64,000 nt of DNA from Hypanus sabinus (taxonomy: Eukaryota). This document shows, piece by piece, positions 25,145 through 39,062 of this stretch. Both the position numbers and the translations under genes were made by a program. Each line of letters starts with the position of its first letter. The first letter of the stretch is position 1. The DNA is taken from positions 52,390,001 through 52,454,000 of the forward strand of contig NC_082727.1 in assembly GCF_030144855.1 (NCBI RefSeq). The letters run 5' to 3'. Under the pieces are notes generated by a model. The model did no database searches. It saw only the letters and a program-made list of their open reading frames with translations, and had not been told where the DNA came from.

Positions 25145-28100
25145 TAGAATCATGGCTATAAAACACAGAAAAAGACCCTTTGATTCAACTGGTCTATGCC
25201 AACAAAGATCCCCAGCCTAGAAAATTCCATTTTCCAGCATTTGGCCCAAAATTAGTCCATATACCTGTCCAAATGCCTTTCAAATATTGTTATTGTACCT
25301 GCCTTATCACTTCCTCAGGCAGCACATTCCACATACATACCACCCTTCAGGTTACAAATTTGCTCTTCAAGTTCATATTAATTTTTTTCTCTCTCATCTT
25401 CAACCTATACCCTCTAGTTCTTGTTTCCTAAGCCCCAGGAAAAAGACCAAGTGCGTTCACTCTATGCCCCTCATGATGTTAAACACATTTATAAAACCAT
25501 CTTTCAGTCTCCTACACTCCAACAAATGAACTCCTAGCCTCTCCAACCTCTCTCGATAATTCAGTCTCTCAAGTCCTGGCATCATCCTTGTAATTCCTTT
25601 CTGTATTCTTTTCAGTTAAGTAACATCTTTTCAAAACCAGTGTCCAGTACAACTGCACCATGACCTCCCAATTTCCTGACTTATGAAAATCAGTGTGCGA
25701 AAAACTTTCTTTACCACCCTATCTGCCTGTGAATCTACTGTCAGCGAATCATGTAGTAGTGCTCCAAGGTACCTCTGTACCACAACACTCCCAAGGGGTC
25801 TGCCATTCACTGAGAAAGTCAAACCAGGATTTGACTTGCCAAAATGCAATACCTCACACTTACCTGAATTAAACTCCATTTTTCCACAGCCCACTTACTC
25901 AGCTGATCAAGAAACACTGTTACTTTTGATAGCCTTCTTCAATGCCCTATGTTAACTTTATTGTCAAAAATCCATTCGCATGCCCTCTGCTAACTCTTAC
26001 AGCCTTATTTACATCCTTCCTGTAGGTCGGTGACCAAAACTGCACAATATTCCAAATCAGGCCTCAGCCACATTTCATACAACTTTAACATAACATCCCA
26101 TCTCTTTACACAATACTTTGATTTATAAAGGACACATCATCAAATAATTCAATTGAATTCTGAAGACATGTTCTCCCACGCACACATTCATGCTGACTTG
26201 CCCATGCTGACTTGTCTTCCCAGATGCACGTTTATTTTACTTTCACAAGACTGGATCCTGTCCACTAACTGACTCGGCACATATGTTCAAATAATAGTTG
26301 TCAGGTTTTTTTGTTTTTCTTTGCCACCCTTCTTAAATAAAAGCACAACATTCGTTCCCCTTCATTGTACTGGCAGCTCACCTCACCAAGCAGTGCAAAG
26401 ATTAAACAAGTTCCAGGAAGCTACCAATCTGTGTTTTAAAAAAAACTTGCCTCACACATCTTCTTTGAACTTAAACCTATGCCCTCTCATATTTCACCTT
26501 TTCACTTTACTCAAAATATAGCCTAACCACATTTTTTACAGCAGCTTCATAATTTCCCAAAGGTGAGCATGCCATATGCCTTCATTGCCAAATGGTGTTG
26601 CCATTTTCAGGAGCTGTGGAATTCCTTGTCGCAGACAGCTGTTGAGGCCAAATCATCGACTATTTTAAAATGGAGGTTGATAGATTCTTGATCAGTAAGG
26701 ATGTCAAAGGTTATGGAGAGAAGGTAGGAGAATAGGGTTGAAAGAGAAAACAAATTAGCCATGATGGAATGCAGAGCAGACCCGATGGATTGAATAGCTT
26801 GGTTTTGCTCCTATGTCTTATGGTCTTTTCATGTGGCTTCCAAGGTGAAGCAGTGATTTTTGACTTTGTGCTTTTGCTCTGAATAAGTGACAGAAAATCA
26901 GCACTCCTGGTTTTTATTTTCTTTTACTATTAGAGTTTTATACTCTCTCCAAGTAAATTTCAGGCAGATACTCCCAAAGAAGTTAGGCCAGAAATGGAAG
27001 GTCAAATGATAATGGAAGGAAAGAATTTATTTGAGATTGTTTGGATCTGTGTGAAATGGACTGTTCAGCACTTATTACTCATTGCTAATTACCATTAAAT
27101 TACTAGGGTTCTTCTGGTGAAATTACTCCAACCATGCTCTTGGATAGGATTCTTCAGGATTAAACGCTAATGACAATGAAGAAATAATATACTTACAAGT
27201 CCCAATAGTGTGTAGCTTGAAGAGAAATATACAGGTAGCAACATTTCTATGGCAAAGTGTTTGACAAGGTCCCTCCTGGTACGTTGGTCCAGATGATAAA
27301 TCACATGCGATCCAATGTGAGTTGGATACACAGTAGTCTGGATTATAGGAGACAGATAGTGGTGTGAAGTGTAGTATTTTTCTGAGTAATAGTCTGTGAT
27401 TGCTGTGTTTTTGTTTATATATAAATGAATTGGATGAAAATGTAAGTGGTTTGATTAGAAAGTTTGCGGAAAGTCCATCCAATGGCTAGAGAAATTCCTT
27501 GTCATCTCTGATCTAAAGAGGTATCCTTCTGTTCTGAGCCTGTGCCTTCTGGTCCTAGACTCTCCCATTATTAGAAACATCCACTCCACATCCACAGAAA
27601 ATGACTGATAAAATAAGGATATAATAAAATTGATAGGATGCAGAACTAGGCTGAGAAGTGGCAGATGGAGTTCAACACAGATAAGTGTGAAGTGCTTCAT
27701 TTTGGTAGGTCAGATTTGAGGAAAGAATATAATATTAATGGAAAGATGCTTATCAGTGTGGAGGAACAGTGAAATCTTTGGAACTATGTCCATTGGACAT
27801 TCAAAGTTGCTGCACAGGTTTAATGTTGTTAAGAAGGAGTATGATGTGTTGGCCTTCATCAACAGTGGGATTGAGTTCAAGAACCGTGAGGTAATGCTAC
27901 AGGTATATAAGACATTAGAGCCCACTTGGAGTTCTGTGTTCAGTTCTGGTCACCTCATTACAGAAAGGATCTGCACACTATAGAGAAAGTGCAGAGGAGA
28001 TTTACAAGAATGTTCACTGGATTGGAGAGCATGCCTTACATTGAGTAAACTTGGTCTTTTCTCCTTGGAGCGATGGAGGATGAGAGGTGACCTGATAGAG

Positions 28101-28440
28101 ATGTATAAGATGATAAGAGACATTGATCATGTGGATAGCCAGAGGCTTTTTCCTAGGGCTGAAATGGCTAACATGAGGAGGCATAGTTTTATGGTACTTG
28201 GAAGTAGGTCCAAGGGGGATGTTAGAGGATGGTGGGTGCGTGGAATGCACTGCCAGCGAAGATGGTAGTAGTGGATGCAATAAGGTCTTTTAAGAGCCTC
28301 TTAGATAACAACATGGAGCTTAGAAAAATAGAGGGCCATGCAGTAGGGAAATTCTAGGCAGCCTCTAGAGTAGGTTTCATGATTGGCACAACATTCAGGG
28401 CCGAAGGGACTGTAATGTGCTGTAGATTTTCTACGTTCTA
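25145..28440. mobile_element. Cluster of CR1 LINE fragments in both orientations
   Basis: MEFNSGKCEVLHFG (minus), LERWRMRGDLIEMYKMIRDID (plus); short inverted piece at ~27474-27597. Confidence 0.8.
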
Positions 28441-29099
28441 AAAATTTAAATACTGCAAAAGCTTAGGTCACTACATTGAAGGCACTGCCCATTTGAAGAA
28501 CCAGCACAGTTAGTCACAGATTCTTTGAAGAAATAATGATAGTAAAAAACAACATAATTGTACTGTGCAGTTGGGCATAATCATAAATTACAGTTTTGGA
28601 TAAGTTAATAAATTCCTTAATAGATTAATTTACAGAACAGATCTAGATTACATTTAAGTTCCCCTTGAGAAAAGTGTACTGATAAAAAAAACAGCCTGGT
28701 CTTAAAAATTAAACACAAGTGGCCTACTGATTGCAAAATACATGTGGTCAAAACCTGATCCTGGTGTGGTATGAATGTTGCTTGCCACTTACCAGCTTTT
28801 GCTTGACTACACTGCCAATAACACCCTCCACTTTGACTGAAAGTAGACATGTTACTACAAATTGGATTGAGGTTGAAGCTGCATTTTTTCAGCACCATGC
28901 AGCTTAATATCTATTTAACTTAGCATCATTCCATGTGAAATTGCATCAACTTGAAAGGTGGACTTGGTACTTGTGGATGTGATCCGCATTAGATATTCCA
29001 GCCAGGTTCCTGAATCAAATTAATTGTCAATGCAGATTCATAAATCAAATGTTTGAAAACTGAGGAATACCTGTGATTGCTAAACAATTTTTGTATACT

Positions 29100-29380
29100 T
29101 GAATTACATTTTTATTTATTGAGATACAGCACAGAATAAACCATTCTGGCCCTTCAAGGCAAGCCCAAATTTAATCCTAGTCTAATCACGGGACAATGAC
29201 TAATTAACCTACCAAATGGTAGGTCTATGGACTGTGAGAGGAAACCAGGGCACCCGGAGGAAATCCAAACGGTCATGAGCAGAAAATACAAACTCTTTAC
29301 AGGCAGTGGTGGGAATTGAACCTGGACCTCCTGTACTATAAACTGTTGTGTTAACCACTATGCTACCATACTGCCCAACA
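29100..29380 (-). mobile_element. V-SINE (HE1-like) tRNA-derived SINE
   Basis: GGAAACCAGGGCACCCGGAGGAAA V-domain, reverse B box GGAATTGAACC, reverse A box AACCACTATGCTACC; related copies at ~38505-38790 and ~47833-48145. Confidence 0.7.
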
Positions 29381-30139
29381 TTTTCATAATTTTTTTGAGG
29401 GACTCAATTTGGTACTGGCATAAAAATGACCAAGTCAAAAAAACTAAAAGGTGTGATCTCATGAAGATGAAATTTTCATCTATTAGATAAAATTGATTTG
29501 TCCTGCTTTTTGTAGATATAGTTCCAAGGGAAGAGTGCTGTAATGGAGCACTTTGACTAAAGGCACAATTAGTTCTATGCATCCGTCATCTTTTACTTCT
29601 TTGACCTTTCATTAAATCCAGTGTATCCATGTCTTTCACAGAGAGTGAATCAAATATGATGAAAATTAGCTTCTTTAATGGTGAAAATCTGAATCAGATT
29701 TATTATTACTGACTTTTATGATGGGAACTTTGTTGTTTTGCAACAGCAGCTTCAAAGACATAAAATTACAATAAATTGCAAAAAATAAATAAATAGTGCA
29801 ACAAAAAAAGGAGTAACCAGGCAGGAAGGAAGTTGTTCCTTAATCACTGAACGTGGGCCTTCAGGCTCCTGTATCTCCTCCGCAATGGCAGTAGCATAAA
29901 GAGGGCATGTTCCAGATGGTGAGGGTCCTTAGTGATGTATGTCATCTGTCATGTTCTTGAGTAACCACAATGTCCTCGATAGTGGAGGGGGTTCTGCCCG
30001 TGATGCAGCCGGCTGTCTATAACCCTCTTGTGATCCTATGCACTGGAGTCTCCGCGAGAGTCAGAATGCTCTCCACCATACTATACATCATTGGAAATCT
30101 TAACTGAATCTCTTCAAACACCTAATGATGATGCTGCAG

Positions 30140-30510
30140 TTATTAGATGGATATTTCTCTACCAAAGGTGTTTCCCTCTGCCAGCCAGCAAGTCACCCTC
30201 AGGCAAGGTGTAGCACCTGCTTAGCACCCCCCACCTCCCACCGATCGGGGTTATGTGAAGCCATGGGAGCAGGTGGTGGATGGTCATATGAGCAGCTGAT
30301 GCATATCACAAGTCTTGATTATGCAACCACTGATACCAGCAAGACAATCTCTGAAGAGTACTGATAATGGTTGGGGTCACAGTCTTGTAAAGATACTTCC
30401 CAGAAGGCAATGGCAAACCACTTCTGTAGAAAAACATGCCAAGACCAATCATGGTCATGCAAAGACCATCATCACCCATGTCATATGGCACATGACAAAC
30501 AAATGATTTC
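30140..30510 (+). mobile_element. RTE-type non-autonomous retroelement/SINE
   Basis: AGAAGGCAATGGCAAACCACTTCTGTA...TGCCAAGA...CATGG resembles the Bov-A/RTE-derived motif. Confidence 0.5.
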
Positions 30511-31499
30511 AGCTAAATGTCTGGTCAATGATCCCAGCCTGTTAACAGGTGTTGGATTTGGCAACTGCAGTATCACTGAATGCGTATAAGCAATGGAAAG
30601 ACATTGGATATGGTTATTGCTTAGCTCTTTTGTGGCACAAATATGGCTGAATTGAATAACCAAATGGTAAAGGCCCTTAGTGATGGATGCCTCCTAGGAG
30701 AAGGTGCTGCCAGGACTAGAGCACCCGAGTCACAGGGAGAATTGGCCACATTGGATCTTTATTTCTTGGGAGTGCAGGAGAATGAGATGTAACCTTGTAA
30801 AAGTTTATCAAATCATGAGAGGTGTGGATAAGTTGGAGAGTAATGGCCATTTCCCAGGGCTAGTGGGTCCAAAACAAGATGGCATAAATACAAGATAAGA
30901 GGGAAGAGATTTAAAGGAGATCTGAATTTTAACTTCATTACATAGAGGGTAGTCAGTGCCTGGAATGTTCTGCCAGTGGCCTCCACCCCTGGCAGTTAAC
31001 TGACATCACACAGTACATAATCTCTATGTCCAAGTACATCAAGGCTTGGAAATAGTGACATTCCTTCATCTTGACTGCATTTAAATATTGCAACACCTTT
31101 CTGAGCAAAATTGTGGGGCATATTCAACAACCCCAGTTCAGTAGTTCAAGGCAATGCCCGACAACTTTAACATTGTCACTGAAAAAAATACAGTTTGTTT
31201 TAAATTCGATTTTACTTGATGATCCACTGGTGAGATTCCTGGTCAAGTGGGTAGCTTTGACCTGAAAGGTGTCAGTCTTTGAACATTGCTGCAGCTCCAA
31301 GCATTCTGAGAAGTAAAAAAAATATTTAATCAAGTCACATTCATACTACATAAAGGCTAAACAATATCTATCTTTAATAAGGCAGTTTCACACCAATTCT
31401 GGCCAAATTAAGGATTGTGACATTACAAAATGGCCATATTGCCAGTCTGTCTGATTGAAATACGTGCCTTCATAAACTTCTTACACCCTCACACACGTA

Positions 31500-32290
31500 A
31501 AGGAGGGAGGAGACTCCTCCGAGGAGTTATTTGCTCAGATTGCTGAATTGTGACTCCAGCACAACCGGCGGCGAAGCGGGGAGCCTCCGCGCCCCCCGAG
31601 CGGCCGGTTTTCCGTCGTCCTTCCGCCGCCGGCCAGGCGTGGTGACGCGCGCCCGTCACGTGAACGATTCGCGCTCGTACCGTTTAAATAACCGTGGTGC
31701 CAGTGCCGGCGCCAGCAGACGGCGTGGTGGACGGAGCAGTGACTGGTATGAGGAGGGGGGAGCGCGGATGGGGATGAGGAGGGGGGAGCGCGGATGGGGA
31801 TGAGGAGGGGGGAGCGCGGATGGGGATGAGGAGGGGGGAGCGCGGCTGGGGGCTCTGGGGCTCTGGGGCTCTGGGGCTCTGGGGCTCTGGGGCTCTGGGG
31901 CTCGGGGGCTCGGGCTGGGGCCGGCGCCGTGACACGAGGGGACAGGCGCCCCTGGGCTTCAAGTGGGTAGCACCGAGCGCATCCCGACCTCAAGCCGGGT
32001 TCATTTTGCAATTGGGCCGGGCTCGGCCACCGCCTTTGCCTGTTGCCTGAAAGGGTATTGCCGACTCGGGCATCTTGCATCCTCAGCCGCCGCCATCGCC
32101 TTGGAACGATTTGGCAGCCGCCCTCTGCGATTAGTGGGCCAAGCACAGGTAGATCTGTGCGTTGTGCCCAAGGAAAGTTAATCGCCTTCGCTTTCCGCTG
32201 CAGAGCGAGGGTTACGTGGCAGACCTGCCACGCACCTTCTGAAGAAAATCACGTTTCCCTACTTCTTGTGGGCATTGTTTCTAACTGAGC
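31500..32290 (+). promoter_or_regulatory. OAT: OAT CpG-island promoter and short non-coding exon 1 (donor after 31745)
   Basis: The most GC- and CpG-dense segment of the window; half-CREs TGACG/CGTCA, E-box GTCACGTGA 31655-31663, TTTAAATA 31683-31690, donor CTG|gtatga. Confidence 0.75.
31748..31920 (+). repeat. G-rich minisatellites: 4 x 26 bp then ~8 x 8 bp
   Basis: (ATGAGGAGGGGGGAGCGCGGATGGGG)x4 at 31748-31851, then (GGGGCTCT)n. Confidence 0.95.
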
Positions 32291-32699
32291 TGCGGAGGTA
32301 TTTTTTTAATTGTTGAGGTTGATGTTAATCGCAGTTACTTAGGAAAAAATGTCAAAAGGGCACAATTGCACTCTGACTTGTATATTTGTGCGGATAGCAT
32401 CTAACATTCATGAGTACGAATTTAAGCCGTTCATTGGTCCGCATGGCTCCGGCCTCCCAGCTGTTAAATAACTAAAAATACTTGTACTGGCAAGACTTGT
32501 TACCCGTCCTAGGATTGATTTTCCCCCCGGCCCCCCCGACTCAATTACATGCAGTCTAATTATGTATTGAAGTATTTTCAATGCTAATATTCAAATATTT
32601 CAAATGCTTATAAATAAATCTATTTCAAATATTTATAAATGCATTGATCTCGTCTGGTTAGTCACAGTTGTATGTTGTGCATTTCAATATCATATTGTT

Positions 32700-35512
32700 G
32701 AGCTGAAGAGTTAAAATATAGAACATTGTACATTACCTCATAGTACTAGCCATGATATTTAAACTACAGTACTCTTAAGATCAATCTAAAGCTGCTCACC
32801 ATTTTTTTTCCAATCATTCATCTAGCCATAGGATACCATGGTGCAGAAATGGGCACTTCAGCCTATGCCAAGCTATTAAACTGTCTAGTCACATCAACCT
32901 GCACCTGGACCACTGCCCTCCGTACCTCTCCCATCGATATACCTGTTCAAATTTCAGTTAAAATGTTGAGATCAGCCAGTCCAGCTCCTGTAGCAAGCTT
33001 TGATAGTCTTTCTTGGTGTCCACTATACCCCCAATCTGGGTGTCAACTGCAGATTTACTGATCCTGTTTACCACATTATCATCCAAATTGTTGCTATAAA
33101 TGACAAGTGACAACAAACCCAGCACTGACCCTTACAGCACATTGCTAGTCACAAGCCTCCAGTCAAAGAAGTACACATCTGCAAGATGATTCCAGGAGAC
33201 AGGCAGTGTGCAGGAACTTTGTGGTGAGGAGTCTGTGGGACTGGGCACAAGCCAATGTCCAACACCATTTCACCAATTCAAAGCTTCATTTGTTTGCTAA
33301 TTAAAGTGACAAGTGAAATTGAGACTTGAGGTCAATGCAGAGGGTGAATGCCAGCTGCCTGCCTTTTTATCACTGGGCAGTCACTCTGCTGCCTGAGAGG
33401 GGAGACTGCCAGACTGCCTTTTGATTGCTGGTGGGATGGCTTGCTGCTGCAGAGGGAAAGACCTGCCACTGTTTCTGGAGAATGTTACCCATGTTTTCTG
33501 TGTTTTGGATGTGGCCTTGGACTAGAGATGACTTTTTCCAGTCTTGCAGTTTTTATATCATGTGTTTTTTTTGTGTGCAGGGGAGGGGGATTTGGGGGTC
33601 AATGTGACTACTGTTTTTGTTTTTTTTTGTGGGGAGGAGGGATTTGGGAGCGGATTATCATGTTGCGGTTCTTTCTTGGTTTTGTGGCTATTTCAGAGTT
33701 GTATACTTTGATAATAAATGGGCCTGAGACCTATTACTCTGGTTCCCATCCCTTTGTTAAACCAGTTAAAATCCTCCCTAGTAGCTCTAGCAAACTTGCT
33801 CAGAAGCATATTGGTACTCTTCAATTTCAGGTGTAACCTGCCCATTTTGTACAGTCATATCTTAGTCAAAAGAGATCCTAAGCATCCACATATCTGTCAT
33901 GTATTCATCTGCTAAATCATCCTATTCCCCTCACTGGACATGGCACAGACAGCAATTCAGAGATTATTACCTCTGAGGTCCTGGTCTTTGTGATTTTGAT
34001 AAACGAGAAAGTGTAAGGTTAAGTTTTCAGACACAAAAGTGGTGGTGTTATGGATCGTGTAGAAGGTTACATTGGGACATAGATACGATACGATGCAGTG
34101 CTGAGCTGAGAAGTGGCTAATGAAGTTCAATCTGAAAAAGTGAAGTGATTCACTTTGGAAGTTTGAATTTGAAGACCGAATACAGAGTTAGTAACAAGAT
34201 ACTTAACAGTAGAGAAACAGGGTCCACATTCATAGATCCCACAAAGTTGCTGTGCACATGGTTACGGTGGTTAAGAAGGTGTATGGTGTTGTTGGCCTTC
34301 ATTAATCAAAGGATTGAGCTCAAGAACCATAAGATAATGTTGCAGCTCTATAAAACTCTACTCAGACCACATTTGGAATATAGTGTTCAGTCTGGGTCTT
34401 TGGAGGAAGGATGTGGGAACTTCAGAGAGGGCTTTTCTCTCTGGAGTATCGGAGCATGAGTGGTGATTTGACAGAAGTGCACGAGGTTATAAGAGGCATA
34501 GAGATTCAGCCAGAGATTTTTTTTCCCTCAGGGCATATATGGCTAATCTGAATGGGCCTGACTTAATGATGTTTGGAGGAAAGTGTAGGTGGTATTTTTA
34601 GAGATTTTTTTTTAATACACCTAAAGTGGTAGGTGCATACAGTGTGCTGTCGGGTGGTGGTAGAGGCAGATACATTGGGGACATTCAAGGGACTCCTTGG
34701 ATAGGGATTTGGCTGAAAATAGAGGACTATATGGGAGGGAAGAGTTAGATTGATCTTATGGAATAGGTGAGCACAAATACAATGTTGCACTATGCCAGTA
34801 AGACCAAAGAACTGATGTAAACTTCAGAAAAGGTAAAATGAGGGAACACACACCAGTCTCTGAGGGAGCAGAAGTAGAAAGGATGAGCAATTTCAAGTTC
34901 CTGAGTGTCATTATTTCTGAGAATCCAACCTGGACCAAACATATCAATGCAGTTACAAATAAGGCATAGCAGTGGCTATATTCTGAGCTTGAGGAGATTT
35001 GGTATGTCATCAAATACACTTGCGAATTTTGACCTACTGTGGAGAGCATTCTGACTAGCTGCATCACCATCTGGAATGGGGAGGGAGTGGACTACTGCAC
35101 AAGAGAATTGTAAACTTGGTCAGCTCTGTCACGGACACTTGCTTGCAAGGTATCAGGATATATTTAAGGAAGGAGCGATGCCTCAAAAAGGTGGCAGCCA
35201 TCATTAAGGACCCTCATTACCAAAGTCATGCCTTGTTCTCATTGCTACCATCAGGACCGAGGTCCAGAAGCAAGAAGGCACACACTCAAATGATTCAGGA
35301 ATAGCTTCCCCTCCCATCTGATTTCTGAATGGACATTGAACCCATGAACACTGCCTCACAACTTTTTTACTTTGGTTTTTGCAGTATTTCTTTAGCTATT
35401 TAATATAGATATACTTACTGCAATTCAGTTTTCTCTATTATGCATTGCACTGTACTGCTGCCACAAGAGGTAAATTTCACAACATATGCCAGTGATATTA
35501 AACTAGATTCTG
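32700..35512. mobile_element. Mixed CR1 and Rex/Babar fragments in OAT intron 1
   Basis: CR1 motifs (MLQLYKTLLRPHLEYSVQ), esterase remnant ~33740-33990, Rex-like IIKDPHYQSHALFSLLPSG. Confidence 0.7.
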
Positions 35513-35793
35513 GCAACATCATGGGTCAAAGGGCCTATACCGTGCTGTATTGTTCTATAGTATGTTCTACTGTCTGATTAAGCAAATTATTGTGTAGTTC
35601 TCATTTTCAATATTAAGTAGAAACAGGACCTCTAGAGATGATACCAGGAGTTCTAACATCAGAAAGGATGAACTGGCTGGGTCTGCCTAGAAAAGAGATT
35701 TAGTGTCTTACAGCTAATATACTACTCTTGTCTGTTTTCTTTTCCATGAATTGCTTAAAATTTAACAAATAATTAACTTTTTTTGTCATGCAG

Positions 35794-35992
35794 ATGATGT
35801 TGTCCCGATTCTCCCGTTACATAAATTCCAGTGCTTCAGTTTTGAAGCAAAGAATCAAGACGTATTCTAGTGCCATAGAAACTTCATTAAAAACTGAGAA
35901 GTCAATCACTTCTGAAGAAGTTTTTGCTCGTGAAGAAAAATATGGTGCCCATAATTATCAGCCCGTCCCTGTTGCTTTGGCTAGAGGGGAAG
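35794..35992 (+). CDS. OAT: Ornithine aminotransferase, mitochondrial; coding exon 1 (gene exon 2; transit peptide)
   Basis: ttttgtcatgcag|ATG ATG TTG TCC CGA...[19 protein letters not shown]|gtaagc; 199 nt; Arg/Ser-rich presequence. Confidence 0.93.
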
Positions 35993-36952
35993 GTAAGCAT
36001 TCCAAATACTAGATCCTAAACTAAATGGCTGATTTATATCAATGTATAAATTGAATGAATCTATAAAGTTTGAGTTAAATACAATTATACATTAAATTGA
36101 TGGTTAAAGTGGATTTAATCAAAAGGAAACACTACTGTAGGGATATTCTGATTCAATAATTTGTTGCAAGATCTCATTGGATGCAATTTTACTTAGTTAA
36201 TCATGATAGCCCAAAAATGCCACGATGTTCCTCCTGCATGCACTTACAAATTTTGTATTTTTCATCCTTTTTGTATTTATTGCTGTGTATCAAGAATTCT
36301 GCCAGGTTCTTGTGAAAATTTCTTGTTTTAAACTTCAAGATTGTCACCTCTCCTGAAGCTTTGCAATGTAATTTCTAGAACTCCTCTACTGTGTAGTTAA
36401 CTTGTGCACAGCCATAAAATCTTTTGCTAGATATTCACCGCAAAACTAGAATTGACATGGTCATAAGTAAAATACTGAACGTTGTATAATATTATGACCT
36501 TGGAGTTTCCTCTGATACGTAACAAGCTACTTGGCAGACTATTGGTTCAGACTTGCTGAGCATAATCTTCAATTGTCTCTAGGTTTCTTGGTTTCTTTCT
36601 AGCTTTTTAACATTTGTTGAGTGTGGAACTTAATTTTCTTTACATATTTAATAGATCTCCAAATTCTGTGTGCTCCTTTTGTGGCCACTCATTTTCAGGG
36701 TCTCCTTGTGTAATTTTCATGCTTTTTCTTTTGCTTTTTAGCTTGATATTATCTGCAAGTTCAGCCAGATTGTATTGAAACGTTATTAGATTTCATTAAT
36801 TCATCTTGTAATAGAAATGTACAGTGCAGGAGGACTTATCCCTTTAGCCCCTAAAGCTTGTTGCTGAATTGAAAATCTTTTTTAACAGTAAAATAATGGT
36901 CTTCAAAAATAATTAAGTCAAAATATTTAATTAAATTGCTTTGATTTTTCAG

Positions 36953-37177
36953 GTGTTTATGTGTGGGATGTGGAAGGCAGGAGGTACTTTGATTTCCTAA
37001 GTGCTTACAGCGCTGTGAATCAGGGACATTGTCATCCAAAGATTATTGCAGCACTTAAATCTCAAGCTGATAAACTGACTCTCACTTCTCGAGCTTTCTA
37101 TAATGATGTACTGGGAGAATATGAAGAATATGCCACTAAGCTGTTCAACTACAAAAAGCTGTTACCAATGAATACTG
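36953..37177 (+). CDS. OAT: OAT exon 3
   Basis: [30 protein letters not shown]...LPMNT; ag/gt sites; 225 nt. Confidence 0.96.
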
Positions 37178-39062
37178 GTTAGTGCTTAATAGATTTTTTT
37201 ATTTCATAGAAAATAGGTGGATTTCCCCAAGTCTAAATTTGTTTCTGGTGTCATCTTCATTTTGCCAGAAAATGGCATCTTAAAAATAATCCACGAAGTA
37301 GAAGCTTGTCTCCTGTTCCGTGTTGATCAGCAAAGAATTAAGAACAAATATAATCTTAATTAAATTTCTTTAGCTTTATAATGCATCTGTTGATGCTACA
37401 GGTTTTGATGGATTTCAATCTGTCGTACTCTAAAAGTTCGAGATTTCTTTTAATAAATTAACCCATTTAAATGCCTTGCAAATGTTGTGAGGCTTGTAAC
37501 CCACGGATTCTATTTCATTGCTTGATCTGCAGCAGGCTACTTTATTGAATGGTTCAAAGAGAAAATTCAGATTTTGGAAATTAGCTCATCTTTTTACTTG
37601 GGAAATTCTGACTGATAGTGCAACACAGCAATGAGACATGTTGTAAACTTGGAATTCCAAACTGTCCCAAATTTGCACACCTTCAATCTTCAATTAAGCC
37701 ACCAGGAATTGTGTTGAAGACCTTTGATTCATTCAGTTTCTTGCTGCTGTTTGCAGTAATTTGAGTAGTGGCCTGGTTTTACAGTTCATTGCAAGATGCA
37801 CAATACTACGTATGGTGTTTCTCAAATATGTACTTGAACATATTTCAAATCGGCCATAAAATGTTCTGGAATTGCTTTAAAAGGAAAGCAAATTATCTCA
37901 GACACTCATTGTTCATTAATTCAGTTAGATTGTTCAAATATATTATACCATTTGACTGTGGTTTACATATTGCTTAGAGGATTAAAATGAGAATTATTTA
38001 AGCATTGGACATAACAAATTTTGAACTAGCTGAATTGTTTAAGTTTTCCTTTGGTTGTTATTGTGTGAAGGTCCTTGACCTGCCAATATTGAACTATGGA
38101 TTTTGTTTGCTGATTCATATCAACTTGCTGAAGTTCATAGTATATACTGGATTTGTGTATTTTATTACTCCAGTAAACTCTTTGTTAGTGATTTCTGATA
38201 AAGGTCCAGAATCTTTAATGCCTATATTTATGATAGTATGAAAATGATGCAGCGTCATTATGTAAAAGGAAATGTATGCAAGCTCCTGAGACTAATGTGG
38301 GGAGAAGCTAGAAGTTGTCTTCAACTTCCTCTATGAAACTTCAACTGATAATTCATTTACCTTGGATTGGGAGGAGTGGTTTGGAAGAAGAGGAATGGAG
38401 ACAAATCAATTCCTATTTAAGATTTAATTGGTTGCTAACATGATTTGCATGGATTCAATGGCAATTCATTAGGGACTTGTTACCCTCTGAGGAGAAGGAC
38501 ATTATGGGATAGTGTAGCAGTTAATGCGATACTGTTGCAGCTCATTCCAATCGGGAGTTCAAATTCCGGCACCATTTGTAAGGAGTCTGTACATCCTCCT
38601 CTTGGAATGTGTGGGTTTTCCTCAGGTGTTTTGGTTTTCTCCCACAGTCCAAAGACATACCAGGTAACTTAATTGGTCATTGTAAATTGTCCAGTGATAA
38701 GCTTAGGGTTAATCAGGTTTGTTGGGGATTGCTGGAGAGATGATGCTTGAAGGATCTGCTCCACGCTGTATTGCTAAATTATTAAAATAAAAAAGAGCAT
38801 CCACCAGATTGGGAAGAGATCATAAACATGGAAGATTCTCCAGATGCTGGAAATCTTGAGCAACATCCACAGTGCTGAAGCAGCTAGCAAGTTGGGCTTG
38901 AAATTTGGCAATTTTATTTTTTATTCAATCATTTTCTAGTTGTTGCACTTTAGTTTCTCTTGTTTACCATAGTAATGTAATTTGTGCTTAAATTGGCATT
39001 TTTGATAATTGTTTTGAAAATTTGATTTATTCTAAGAAATCAACTTATACATTTTGCTTTAG

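Noticed and set aside
31748-31920. Regular repeats as a CRISPR-like array
   Set aside because: Head-to-tail units without unique spacers; eukaryotic locus, no cas genes.
31535-32288. Several overlapping ORFs up to 203 aa with PEPQSPRA/PPPHPHPRS repeats
   Set aside because: By-products of the GC-rich island and minisatellites; no domain or splice support.
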